Notes under the pieces: model-generated
Database searches by the model: none
Seen by the model: the letters and a program-made list of their open reading frames with translations, nothing else
What the model was told of the DNA's origin: nothing
Part shown: positions 29,594 to 39,168 of the stretch, one piece after another
How the letters are laid out: each line of letters opens with the position of its first letter
Numbering within the stretch: the stretch's first letter is position 1
DNA from: Bacteroidaceae bacterium
GTDB taxonomy: Bacteria > Bacteroidota > Bacteroidia > Bacteroidales > Bacteroidaceae
Direction of reading: 5' to 3'
NCBI GenBank assembly: GCA_045642985.1
Contig: JAZUJU010000093.1
Span: forward strand, 1-58,194
Length of the DNA: 58,194 bases
Translations under genes and position numbers: made by a program

Positions 29594-31243
29594 TTAAATC
29601 ACTTCAATACCCTGCTCCGCGCACAGCTTGAGACTGAGCTCGCGAAGCTTGAATTTCTGTATCTTGCCGCTTCCGGTCAGCGGAAATTCGTTGACAAAGA
29701 AGACGTACTTCGGTATCTTGTAGCGGGATATCCTGCCGCGGCAGTAGTCGCGGACTTCGTCAACTGAAAGCTGTGCGCCCTCGTCGGGAATGATGAACGC
29801 TCCGACTTCTTCGCCGTACTTCTTTGACGGAACGCCGGCAACCTGTACGTCGCGCACGCCCGGAAGATGATACAGGAACTCTTCAATCTCGCGCGGATAG
29901 ATATTCTCGCCGCCCCTGATTATCATGTCCTTGATACGGCCGGTAATGCGGTAGTTGCCGTTCTCGTCCTTTACTCCAAGGTCGCCCGAATGCAGATAAC
30001 CGTTCTCGTCAATGACCTCGGCTGTGGCCTTCGGGTTCTTGTAATATCCCTTCATCACATTGAATCCCTTGCAGCACATTTCCCCCTGCACACCGGTCGG
30101 GACTTCCTGACCTGTCTCCGGGTCAATGACCTTGACATCGACGAACTCGTAGTCGCGGCCTACCGTGGTGTAGCGGACATCGTCAGGGTCGTCAATACGT
30201 GTCTGGCTCATTCCCGGTGCCGACTCTGTGAGACCGTAGACACTGGTGACCTTCAGGTGCATCTTCTCCTCGACACGTTTCATCAGCTCGATGGGGCAGA
30301 GCGAGCCGGCCATGATTCCGGTACGCAGGCTGCGCAGGTCGAACATGTCGAACATAGGGTGATTCAACTCGGCTATGAACATGGTGGGGACTCCATACAG
30401 GGCGGTGCATTTCTCCTTGCTGACCGATGCCAGCGTGAGAAGTGGGTCGAAACGCTCTATCATGACTTCGGTACAGCCGTGCGTGAGGCAGTTCATTGTG
30501 GCGAGAACCACTCCGAAGCAGTGAAACAGCGGTACGCAGACGCAGAGTCTGTCTTCTGAGGTGAAGTGCATATGCTCACCTGTCAGAAAACCGTCGTTGA
30601 TGATATTGTAATGGGTCAGCATCACGCCTTTAGGAAAGCCGGTGGTGCCTGATGTGTACTGCATGTTGACGACATCGTCGCAGTTTACGGAGTTGCGCAG
30701 ACGGTCGAATTCCTCGTCATCGGTGTTCTCGCCCAGAAGCAGGATTTCGGAGGTGTTGTACATTCCCCTGAACTTTTCCTGGCCAATATACACCACGTTC
30801 TTGAGACGCGGGAAACGGTTACTCTGGAGATGTCCGCGCTGGCATTCGCGCAGTTCCGGAAGCATCTCGTAGGCCATATCAACAAAATGGGTGTCCCAAG
30901 TACCGTCTGTCAGACACAGAGTGTGCATATCGGAATCCTTGCACAGGTATTCAAGCTCGCTCTGCTTGTAGTTTGTGTTGACAGTTATGCAGACGGCACC
31001 TATCTTGGCGCAGGCGTAGAGGAACGTGAGCCAGTCAGGAACATTCTGGGCCCATAGTCCGACGTGGGTGCCTTTGGTCACTCCGATGGCGATGAGTCCT
31101 CGCGCCATATCGTCGACCCTGTCGTTGAATTCCTTCCACGTGAATCTCAGTCCGCGGTCCGAATATACTATGTACTCGCTGTTCGGGGTATGCTCCGCCC
31201 AGTATTCGAGATACTGTCCTAATGTCTTGTCTGACAGCTGCAT
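29594..31243 (-). CDS. AMP-binding acyl-CoA ligase (FadD/FadK-like subfamily)
   Basis: 549 aa. [50 protein letters not shown] and TGSGKIQKF motifs. Confidence 0.85.
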   Translation of the reverse strand: MQLSDKTLGQYLEYWAEHTPNSEYIVYSDRGLRFTWKEFNDRVDDMARGLIAIGVTKGTHVGLWAQNVPDWLTFLYACAKIGAVCITVNTNYKQSELEYLCKDSDMHTLCLTDGTWDTHFVDMAYEMLPELRECQRGHLQSNRFPRLKNVVYIGQEKFRGMYNTSEILLLGENTDDEEFDRLRNSVNCDDVVNMQYTSGTTGFPKGVMLTHYNIINDGFLTGEHMHFTSEDRLCVCVPLFHCFGVVLATMNCLTHGCTEVMIERFDPLLTLASVSKEKCTALYGVPTMFIAELNHPMFDMFDLRSLRTGIMAGSLCPIELMKRVEEKMHLKVTSVYGLTESAPGMSQTRIDDPDDVRYTTVGRDYEFVDVKVIDPETGQEVPTGVQGEMCCKGFNVMKGYYKNPKATAEVIDENGYLHSGDLGVKDENGNYRITGRIKDMIIRGGENIYPREIEEFLYHLPGVRDVQVAGVPSKKYGEEVGAFIIPDEGAQLSVDEVRDYCRGRISRYKIPKYVFFVNEFPLTGSGKIQKFKLRELSLKLCAEQGIEVI

Positions 31244-31253
31244 CGTACTTATA

Positions 31254-31823
31254 TCAGATTGGGGTGTAAACTACGGCAAGGATACGTGCCTTCTGTCCGT
31301 TGTATCCGTGCACGTGATGCTTGACTATCGAGTCGTAGTAGATACTGTCGCCGGCCTCGAGCAGGTGGGTGTGCTTGCCATAAATGACCTCGACCTGGCC
31401 TTCGAGCACATAGATGAACTCTTCGCCTTCGTGGGTCGATGGGGTGTAGACCTCGCCTTCGACCGGCAGAATGTCTATGATGAACGGCTCCACATGTCGG
31501 TTCTCCTTGCCTTCGGACAGCGAGTGGTATACCATATTGTCCACGTCGTTAGCTCCGTGGTTCGAGAAATGTACGCTCTCCTTGAGCTCGGAACCGCGGC
31601 TGACCACAGCTCCCATGCTCTGGGAATCATCAAGGAAAGTGCCGAGACGCACGCCCAGAACGCGGGCAATCTTGATAAGAGGTGCCAAACCCGGCAGCGG
31701 GCCTCCGCTCTCGATGTCGACTATCTGCCCGACAGGCAGCTGGGCGCGTTCCGCAAGTGCCTCAATTTCGATGTTCTTGGTCTCTCTGAGTGACTTAATC
31801 TTCTCTCCTACAGTTGTTTTCAT
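31254..31823 (-). CDS. XRE-family HTH + cupin transcriptional regulator (paralogous architecture to 29026..29583)
   Basis: 189 aa. HTH-like [32 protein letters not shown]. Cupin [13 protein letters not shown]...[13 protein letters not shown]. Confidence 0.85.
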   Translation of the reverse strand: MKTTVGEKIKSLRETKNIEIEALAERAQLPVGQIVDIESGGPLPGLAPLIKIARVLGVRLGTFLDDSQSMGAVVSRGSELKESVHFSNHGANDVDNMVYHSLSEGKENRHVEPFIIDILPVEGEVYTPSTHEGEEFIYVLEGQVEVIYGKHTHLLEAGDSIYYDSIVKHHVHGYNGQKARILAVVYTPI

Positions 31824-31863
31824 ACAGGAAGTGATATTTGTCGTCTGTACTGTACTTAATTTG

Positions 31864-31871
31864 CAAAATTA
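31864..31871 (-). promoter_or_regulatory. candidate -7 box (TAATTTTG) for the regulator-ligase operon
   Basis: TAnnTTTG on the minus strand, 40 nt upstream of the ATG at 31823. Confidence 0.45.
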
Positions 31872-31986
31872 CTAAAAAAATGACATTCCCGAATGCTATT
31901 TGCTATGTAAGTGAAGGTGTTGGCGACTCGCACTCGCGAAACAATGGGAATAGCTGGTTCTAACGCTATTTTTTATTTTTAAATAA

Positions 31987-34029
<2,043 letters not shown>

Positions 34030-34040
34030 GCGATATATCC

Positions 34041-34086
34041 AAAAACATCAGTCCGAAGGTCATTTGGCCCTCGGACTGATGTTTTT
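34041..34086. terminator. strong bidirectional terminator between convergent gyrB and the oxidoreductase operon
   Basis: AAAAACATCAGTCCGA...TCGGACTGATGTTTTT: a 16-bp perfect stem with A- and T-tracts on the two flanks. Confidence 0.8.
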
Positions 34087-34107
34087 ATATACTGTGTCTG
34101 TGGACGG

Positions 34108-34650
34108 TCAGACTTCACTGACCAGATTCATTCCTGCGGTGATGGCCTTTTCGTTAAGCGGGATGTATTTCCAGTTGCGTTCCGAGACGGAATGCTTGAT
34201 GCCTTCGATGACATACTCCAGTTTCAGCAACGGACGAATCTTCATAAATGCTCCAAGCAGGAACATATTTGCAACTTTTACGGCGCCGTTTCTGAGAGCC
34301 TCGTCCATAGCGGGAATAGCGTATATCGTGATGTCTGTTCTGGTCGGCTTGCGGGTCACAGTACTCGGCTCGTAAATCAGAACGCCACCGGGCTTGACTC
34401 TGTTCTCGAACTTGTCCATTGACTGCTGGTTCAAAATGATGGCAGTCGAAAAGTTCAGCAGTATGGGCGAACTGATTGGTGCATCGCTGAGGATAACCAT
34501 CGCATTAGCTGTACCACCGCGTATTTCAGGACCATACGACGGCATCCACGATACCTCAAGACCCTGCATAAGTCCCGAATAAGCTATAATCTTTCCCAAT
34601 GAGAGGACACCCTGTCCTCCGAATCCGGCAATAACAATCTCTTCAGTCAT
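34108..34650 (-). CDS. 2-oxoacid:ferredoxin oxidoreductase, gamma subunit
   Basis: 180 aa. IAGFGGQGVLSLGK N-terminus typical of the OFOR gamma subunit. Confidence 0.88.
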   Translation of the reverse strand: MTEEIVIAGFGGQGVLSLGKIIAYSGLMQGLEVSWMPSYGPEIRGGTANAMVILSDAPISSPILLNFSTAIILNQQSMDKFENRVKPGGVLIYEPSTVTRKPTRTDITIYAIPAMDEALRNGAVKVANMFLLGAFMKIRPLLKLEYVIEGIKHSVSERNWKYIPLNEKAITAGMNLVSEV

Positions 34651-34667
34651 AGCTTTCTTTTCTTATC

Positions 34668-35468
34668 TTATCTTGGAGCATTCATATCCATCACCAGCTT
34701 GCCGTCAACTTTGATGTCGCCGAGAGGATATTTCCTGAACATATTCTCTACCATCCAATCGTTGGCGTCCTTTGGAGACATACCCCAGCCTGAGTTGCAG
34801 TTGGATACTACTTCGACTATGGATGTGCCCTTCTTGTCGCGCTGGTTTTCGAAGGCCTGACGCAGCGCCTTCTTGAGCTTGCGCACGTTTGCCGGAGTGT
34901 GGACGGAATGGCGTGTTACATAGCAAACGCCGTCCAACTGCGCCAGCAACGGGGTTATGGTGAGCGGATAGCCCATAGTCTTGACATCACGGCCGCGCGG
35001 ACAGGTGGTGGTCTTCATACCCTCGAGGGTAGTCGGAGCCATCTGGCCTCCGGTCATTCCGTAAATGCCGTTATTGATGAATACGATGACGATGTTCTCG
35101 CCACGGTTGCATGCGTGCATGGTCTCGCCTGTGCCGATGGCTGCTAGGTCACCGTCTCCCTGATATGTGAAGACGAACTTGTCGGGCTGGACACGCTTGA
35201 TGCCGGTGGCAACAGCGCAGGCACGTCCGTGAGCGGCTTCGACTACATCGAACTTATAGAAATCGTACAGGAATACGGAACATCCTACGGGTGAAATGCC
35301 GATGACATCATGTTCGATTCCCATTTCCTCGATAACTTCGGCTATTGTGCGCACAACTACGCCGTGACCGCACCCGGGGCAGAAGTTGAAAACGTTTTCC
35401 GACATCAACCGGCTTTTCTGATAGACCAGGTTCTCAGGTCTGATGATATCTTTTGGATCCATTGGCAT
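34668..35468 (-). CDS. 2-oxoacid:ferredoxin oxidoreductase, beta (TPP-binding) subunit
   Basis: 266 aa from the ATG at 35468. CPGCGHG and the TPP motif YQGDGDLAAIGTGE...NNGIYGMTGGQ. Confidence 0.9.
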   Translation of the reverse strand: MPMDPKDIIRPENLVYQKSRLMSENVFNFCPGCGHGVVVRTIAEVIEEMGIEHDVIGISPVGCSVFLYDFYKFDVVEAAHGRACAVATGIKRVQPDKFVFTYQGDGDLAAIGTGETMHACNRGENIVIVFINNGIYGMTGGQMAPTTLEGMKTTTCPRGRDVKTMGYPLTITPLLAQLDGVCYVTRHSVHTPANVRKLKKALRQAFENQRDKKGTSIVEVVSNCNSGWGMSPKDANDWMVENMFRKYPLGDIKVDGKLVMDMNAPR

Positions 35469-35474
35469 CAATAA

Positions 35475-36551
35475 TTATAGGCCGAACTTGCTGTAAAGAG
35501 CCTCTTCGATTTCCTCCGGCATTGGAACCATACCGCCAAGGCGGCCGAAGAAACCGACAGGCTTGAGTCCCTCGACTGTGAGTCTGACATCTTCGACCAT
35601 CTGACCTGCATTGAGCTCCACTGACATGAAACCCTTGACGCGGTTGTTCTCGGCGAGGGCTCGGATCTGTTCCGTCGGGAAGGGGTAGAGGGAGATCGGA
35701 CGGAAAAGTCCTATCTTGTGACCTTTGGCGCGTGCCAGCTCGATGCTCTTCTCGGCAATGCGGGCGATGATTCCGAATGCTACTATTATGTACTCTGCGT
35801 CATCGCAGTGAATCATTTCGTAACGGACCTCGTTCTTCTCCATTTCGCGGTACTTGGCCTGCAGACGCTGGTTGACAAGCTCGTGCTGCGCCGGATGAAG
35901 GTTAAGCGATGTTACGTACCTGCGCTCCTTGCCTTCGGGGGTTCCGTTGGTGGCCCAGTCCGGGTACTCCGAAAGACGCGGACGCTGTTCCGGAAGGCTG
36001 ATCTTCTCCATCATCTGGCCGATGGCACCGTCTGTGAGTATCATCACAGGGTTACGGTACTTGAACGCAAGGTCAAAACCGAGTGGTATGAAGTCGGCCA
36101 TCTCCTGAACAGACTTGGGCGCGAGTGTGAGCAGCTTGTAGTCACCGTGCCCGCCACCCTTGACAGTCTGAAAATAGTCGGCCTGACTTGGCTGGATTGT
36201 TCCGAGTCCGGGACCTCCGCGCGATACATTTATAAGAAGGCAGGGCAGCTCGGCGCCTGCGATGTATGAAATTCCTTCGCACATGAGACTTATGCCCGGG
36301 CTGGAGGACGATGTCATGACACGGTGACCCGTGGCGGCTGCTCCATAGACCATATTGATGGCAGATACTTCGCTTTCAGCTTGAAGTACGACCATGCCCG
36401 TACGGGCGTAGGCATCAGTTTCCATCAGATATTCCATCACCTCGGTCTGAGGCGTGATAGGATATCCGTAAAAGGCATCGGCGCCGGCGCGGATAGCAGC
36501 TTCGGCAATTGCCTCATTGCCTTTCATCAGTCTTAATTCCTTATCTTCCAT
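35475..36551 (-). CDS. 2-oxoacid:ferredoxin oxidoreductase, alpha subunit
   Basis: 358 aa from the ATG at 36551 (the track start at 36569 is TTG and would overlap the delta gene). MKGNEAIAEAAIRAGADAFYGYPITPQTE N-terminus. Confidence 0.9.
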   Translation of the reverse strand: MEDKELRLMKGNEAIAEAAIRAGADAFYGYPITPQTEVMEYLMETDAYARTGMVVLQAESEVSAINMVYGAAATGHRVMTSSSSPGISLMCEGISYIAGAELPCLLINVSRGGPGLGTIQPSQADYFQTVKGGGHGDYKLLTLAPKSVQEMADFIPLGFDLAFKYRNPVMILTDGAIGQMMEKISLPEQRPRLSEYPDWATNGTPEGKERRYVTSLNLHPAQHELVNQRLQAKYREMEKNEVRYEMIHCDDAEYIIVAFGIIARIAEKSIELARAKGHKIGLFRPISLYPFPTEQIRALAENNRVKGFMSVELNAGQMVEDVRLTVEGLKPVGFFGRLGGMVPMPEEIEEALYSKFGL

Positions 36552-36558
36552 ATTGTGT

Positions 36559-36789
36559 TCAATCCTCAACCTTTGTCCTGTATACCGAGATTACTCCGTC
36601 GGGACATATTATCCCGCAGTTGGTGCAGCCTGTGCACTTTTCCGGATTCTCCATATATGCGTAATGGTATCCCTTGCCGTTCATGTCTGCTGACATGCCG
36701 AGCACGTGCTGCAGGCAGGTATGAACGCAGAGTTCGCAACCCTTGCAGCGTTCGCTGTCAACCACGACAGCTCCTTGAATTCTTGCCAT
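36559..36789 (-). CDS. 2x[4Fe-4S] ferredoxin-type delta subunit of the oxidoreductase
   Basis: 76 aa with two cluster motifs, [11 protein letters not shown] and [12 protein letters not shown]. Confidence 0.85.
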   Translation of the reverse strand: MARIQGAVVVDSERCKGCELCVHTCLQHVLGMSADMNGKGYHYAYMENPEKCTGCTNCGIICPDGVISVYRTKVED

Positions 36790-36793
36790 AGCG

Positions 36794-37423
36794 TTATTTC
36801 TTCAGTTTTTCTCCCTTATGGGCAAAATCGACCAGATCAACATCGAATATCAGAGTTGAACAGGCCGGCACCGCATTCATCTTCTCCGTTCCATAACCCA
36901 GATTGTAGGGTATGTATATTCTCCAGGAGTCGCCTCTGTGCATATTAATCAGCGAACAGCCCATACCTTCCACCAGAGACTGGATGCGGAAACGGGCCGG
37001 CAGACTTGTGAACGGGTCGATGGTGTCTGTCTTGTATGACTGGTCGAATACATATCCGTCAGGATGTTCCGGCGTTGGAATGAGACGTCCTCTGTAGTGG
37101 AACATGACGCTGTCGGAGTAGAGCGGTGTCTCGCCGCCTTCGCCTGATTTGCGGATTACAGCGTATGCGTACTCTGAGGGGCCCCATTGCCCGTCCGGTT
37201 TGAGCTTGAAGGAAAGCATGCGGAAAACCTGGCCTTCCTTGGCGGTGCTGACTGTGATTCCCTGCGCCTCGTTGCGGATTGCCGCCTGCGAGAGAGAGTC
37301 GATGAAAGCGTCGTTGCGCGACTGCCAGTTTTCGAATTCATCCTTCATTCCGCCTTCGGAACATGCCGCAGACATCAGCAGAACCAGAGCCGAAAACAGT
37401 GTGGCCAGAGTTTTTCCCTTCAT
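36794..37423 (-). CDS. FKBP-type peptidyl-prolyl cis-trans isomerase, secreted/lipoprotein
   Basis: 209 aa. Signal peptide with LMSAAC lipobox. FKBP core YRGRLI...GYVFDQSY...IPYNLGYG...[10 protein letters not shown]. Confidence 0.8.
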   Translation of the reverse strand: MKGKTLATLFSALVLLMSAACSEGGMKDEFENWQSRNDAFIDSLSQAAIRNEAQGITVSTAKEGQVFRMLSFKLKPDGQWGPSEYAYAVIRKSGEGGETPLYSDSVMFHYRGRLIPTPEHPDGYVFDQSYKTDTIDPFTSLPARFRIQSLVEGMGCSLINMHRGDSWRIYIPYNLGYGTEKMNAVPACSTLIFDVDLVDFAHKGEKLKK

Positions 37424-37432
37424 CCTGATTTA

Positions 37433-38971
37433 TTATAAAGTCTTGAGAATGCTTGTGATTGTGACCTTGTCGGAGATTATGCCGCAGAGGTCTTCGATTC
37501 TGACGCGCTCCTGAGCCATAGTGTCGCGGTTGCGCAGGGTGACTGTACCGTCTTCGAGAGACTGGTGGTCCACTGTGATGCAGTATGGGGTTCCGATGGC
37601 ATCCTGACGGCGATAGCGCTTGCCGATGGAGTCCTTCTCGTCGTACTGGCAATTGAAGTGGAACTTGAGGTCGTTCTGAATCTTGTGTGCAAGTTCTGGC
37701 AGACCGTCCTTCTTGACAAGCGGAAGGATTCCGAGCTTGACCGGAGCGAGGGCTGCCGGCAGATGGAGCACGGTGCGGGTGTCACCGCCCTCAAGAGCCT
37801 GCTCCTCGTACGAAGCGCAGATGATGCTCAGGAACATACGGTCAACGCCGATTGAAGTCTCGATGACGTACGGAGTGTAGCTCTCGTTGGTTTCCGGATC
37901 GAAGTACTTGATGTTCTTGCCGCTGTACTTCTCGTGCTGTGACAGGTCGAAATTGGTGCGGCTGTGGATACCTTCAACCTCCTTGAAACCGAACGGCATC
38001 AGGAATTCGATGTCGGTGGCTGCGTTGGCGTAGTGGGCCAGCTTGTCGTGATCGTGGAAACGGTAGCTCTTCTCGCCGAAGCCGAGGGCAAGGTGCCATT
38101 TCAGACGTGTCTCCTTCCATTTTGCGAACCAGTCGAGCTCGGTGCCCGGCTTGATGAAGAACTGCATCTCCATCTGCTCGAACTCGCGCATACGGAATAT
38201 GAACTGGCGGGCGACAATCTCGTTGCGGAAAGCCTTGCCTATCTGGGCGATACCGAACGGCAGTTTCATGCGGCCGGTCTTCTGCACGTTCAGGTAGTTT
38301 ACAAAGATTCCCTGAGCTGTCTCGGGACGGAGATAAATCTTCATTGAACCGTCGGCTGTCGAACCCATTTCGGTCGAGAACATCAGGTTGAACTGACGGA
38401 CATCGGTCCAGTTGCGGGTTCCGCTGATAGGGCAGACGATGCCTTCGTCAAGGATAATCTGCTTGAGCTCGTCCAGGTTGGTGTCGTTCATCGCCTTGGC
38501 GTAACGCTCGTGCAGGGCGTCGCGCTTGGCCTGATGCTCCAGCACGTTCTTGCTGGTGGAGCGGTACTGAGCCTCGTCGAAGCTCTCGCCGAAACGTTTG
38601 CGGGCCTTCTCAACCTCCTTCTCTATCTTCTCGTCGTATTTTGCAATCTGCTCCTCGATGAGCACGTCTGCGCGGTAACGCTTCTTGCTGTCGCGGTTGT
38701 CAATGAGCGGGTCGTTGAATGCATCAACGTGACCTGAAGCCTTCCAGATGGTCGGGTGCATGAAGATGGAGCTGTCGATACCGACGATGTTGTCGTGCAG
38801 CAGGACCATACTCTGCCACCAGTATGATTTGATATTGTTCTTCATCTCAACGCCCATCTGACCGTAGTCGTAGACTGCGCCGAGACCGTCATAAATCTCA
38901 CTTGAAGGAAAAACGAAACCGTACTCTTTGCAGTGAGCTACGATTTTCTTGAAAACATCATCCTGTGCCAT
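37433..38971 (-). CDS. glyQS: glycine--tRNA ligase (single-chain, class II dimeric type)
   Basis: 512 aa. YLRPETAQGIFVNY, GKAFRNEIVARQFIFRMREFEQMEMQFF and SIGVDRM motifs. Confidence 0.93.
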   Translation of the reverse strand: MAQDDVFKKIVAHCKEYGFVFPSSEIYDGLGAVYDYGQMGVEMKNNIKSYWWQSMVLLHDNIVGIDSSIFMHPTIWKASGHVDAFNDPLIDNRDSKKRYRADVLIEEQIAKYDEKIEKEVEKARKRFGESFDEAQYRSTSKNVLEHQAKRDALHERYAKAMNDTNLDELKQIILDEGIVCPISGTRNWTDVRQFNLMFSTEMGSTADGSMKIYLRPETAQGIFVNYLNVQKTGRMKLPFGIAQIGKAFRNEIVARQFIFRMREFEQMEMQFFIKPGTELDWFAKWKETRLKWHLALGFGEKSYRFHDHDKLAHYANAATDIEFLMPFGFKEVEGIHSRTNFDLSQHEKYSGKNIKYFDPETNESYTPYVIETSIGVDRMFLSIICASYEEQALEGGDTRTVLHLPAALAPVKLGILPLVKKDGLPELAHKIQNDLKFHFNCQYDEKDSIGKRYRRQDAIGTPYCITVDHQSLEDGTVTLRNRDTMAQERVRIEDLCGIISDKVTITSILKTL

Positions 38972-38987
38972 AATTTGAAATTTTGTG

Positions 38988-38995
38988 CAAAATTA
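38988..38995 (-). promoter_or_regulatory. candidate -7 box (TAATTTTG) for glyQS
   Basis: TAnnTTTG on the minus strand, 16 nt upstream of the ATG at 38971, implying a very short leader. Confidence 0.5.
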
Positions 38996-39168
38996 CTCAA
39001 TACCTTTTTTATTTAAGAAGAGTAAGACTTCTTTCTTTGCAAAAGATTGTTAATCGCTGCCGTTTTGCTAACACCGGTTTTCAACAGGAATCCATTTTGT
39101 GCAGCTTATGATTGTAAAAAGGCGTAAAATTCGTATCTTCGCAATTTAAGACAAAAAAGGAAAATCAG

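Noticed and set aside
450-29631. Other long antisense ORFs: 450-1394 (sufS), 3535-4425 (gpmI), 11284-12435 (rsmH), 17776-18852 (murD), 24850-26004 (ftsZ) and 28582-29631 (ligase/regulator).
   Set aside because: The same shadow-frame pattern opposite well-supported genes. There is no independent evidence that they are coding.
31880-31963. A 27-codon ORF (MTFPNAICYVSEGVGDSHSRNNGNSWF) followed by a short hairpin plus T-run upstream of gyrB, considered as a leader peptide or sRNA.
   Set aside because: The hairpin stem is only 5 bp and A/T-rich. The ORF has no distinctive features, and such ORFs arise by chance in 250-nt spacers. It needs transcript data before being called.
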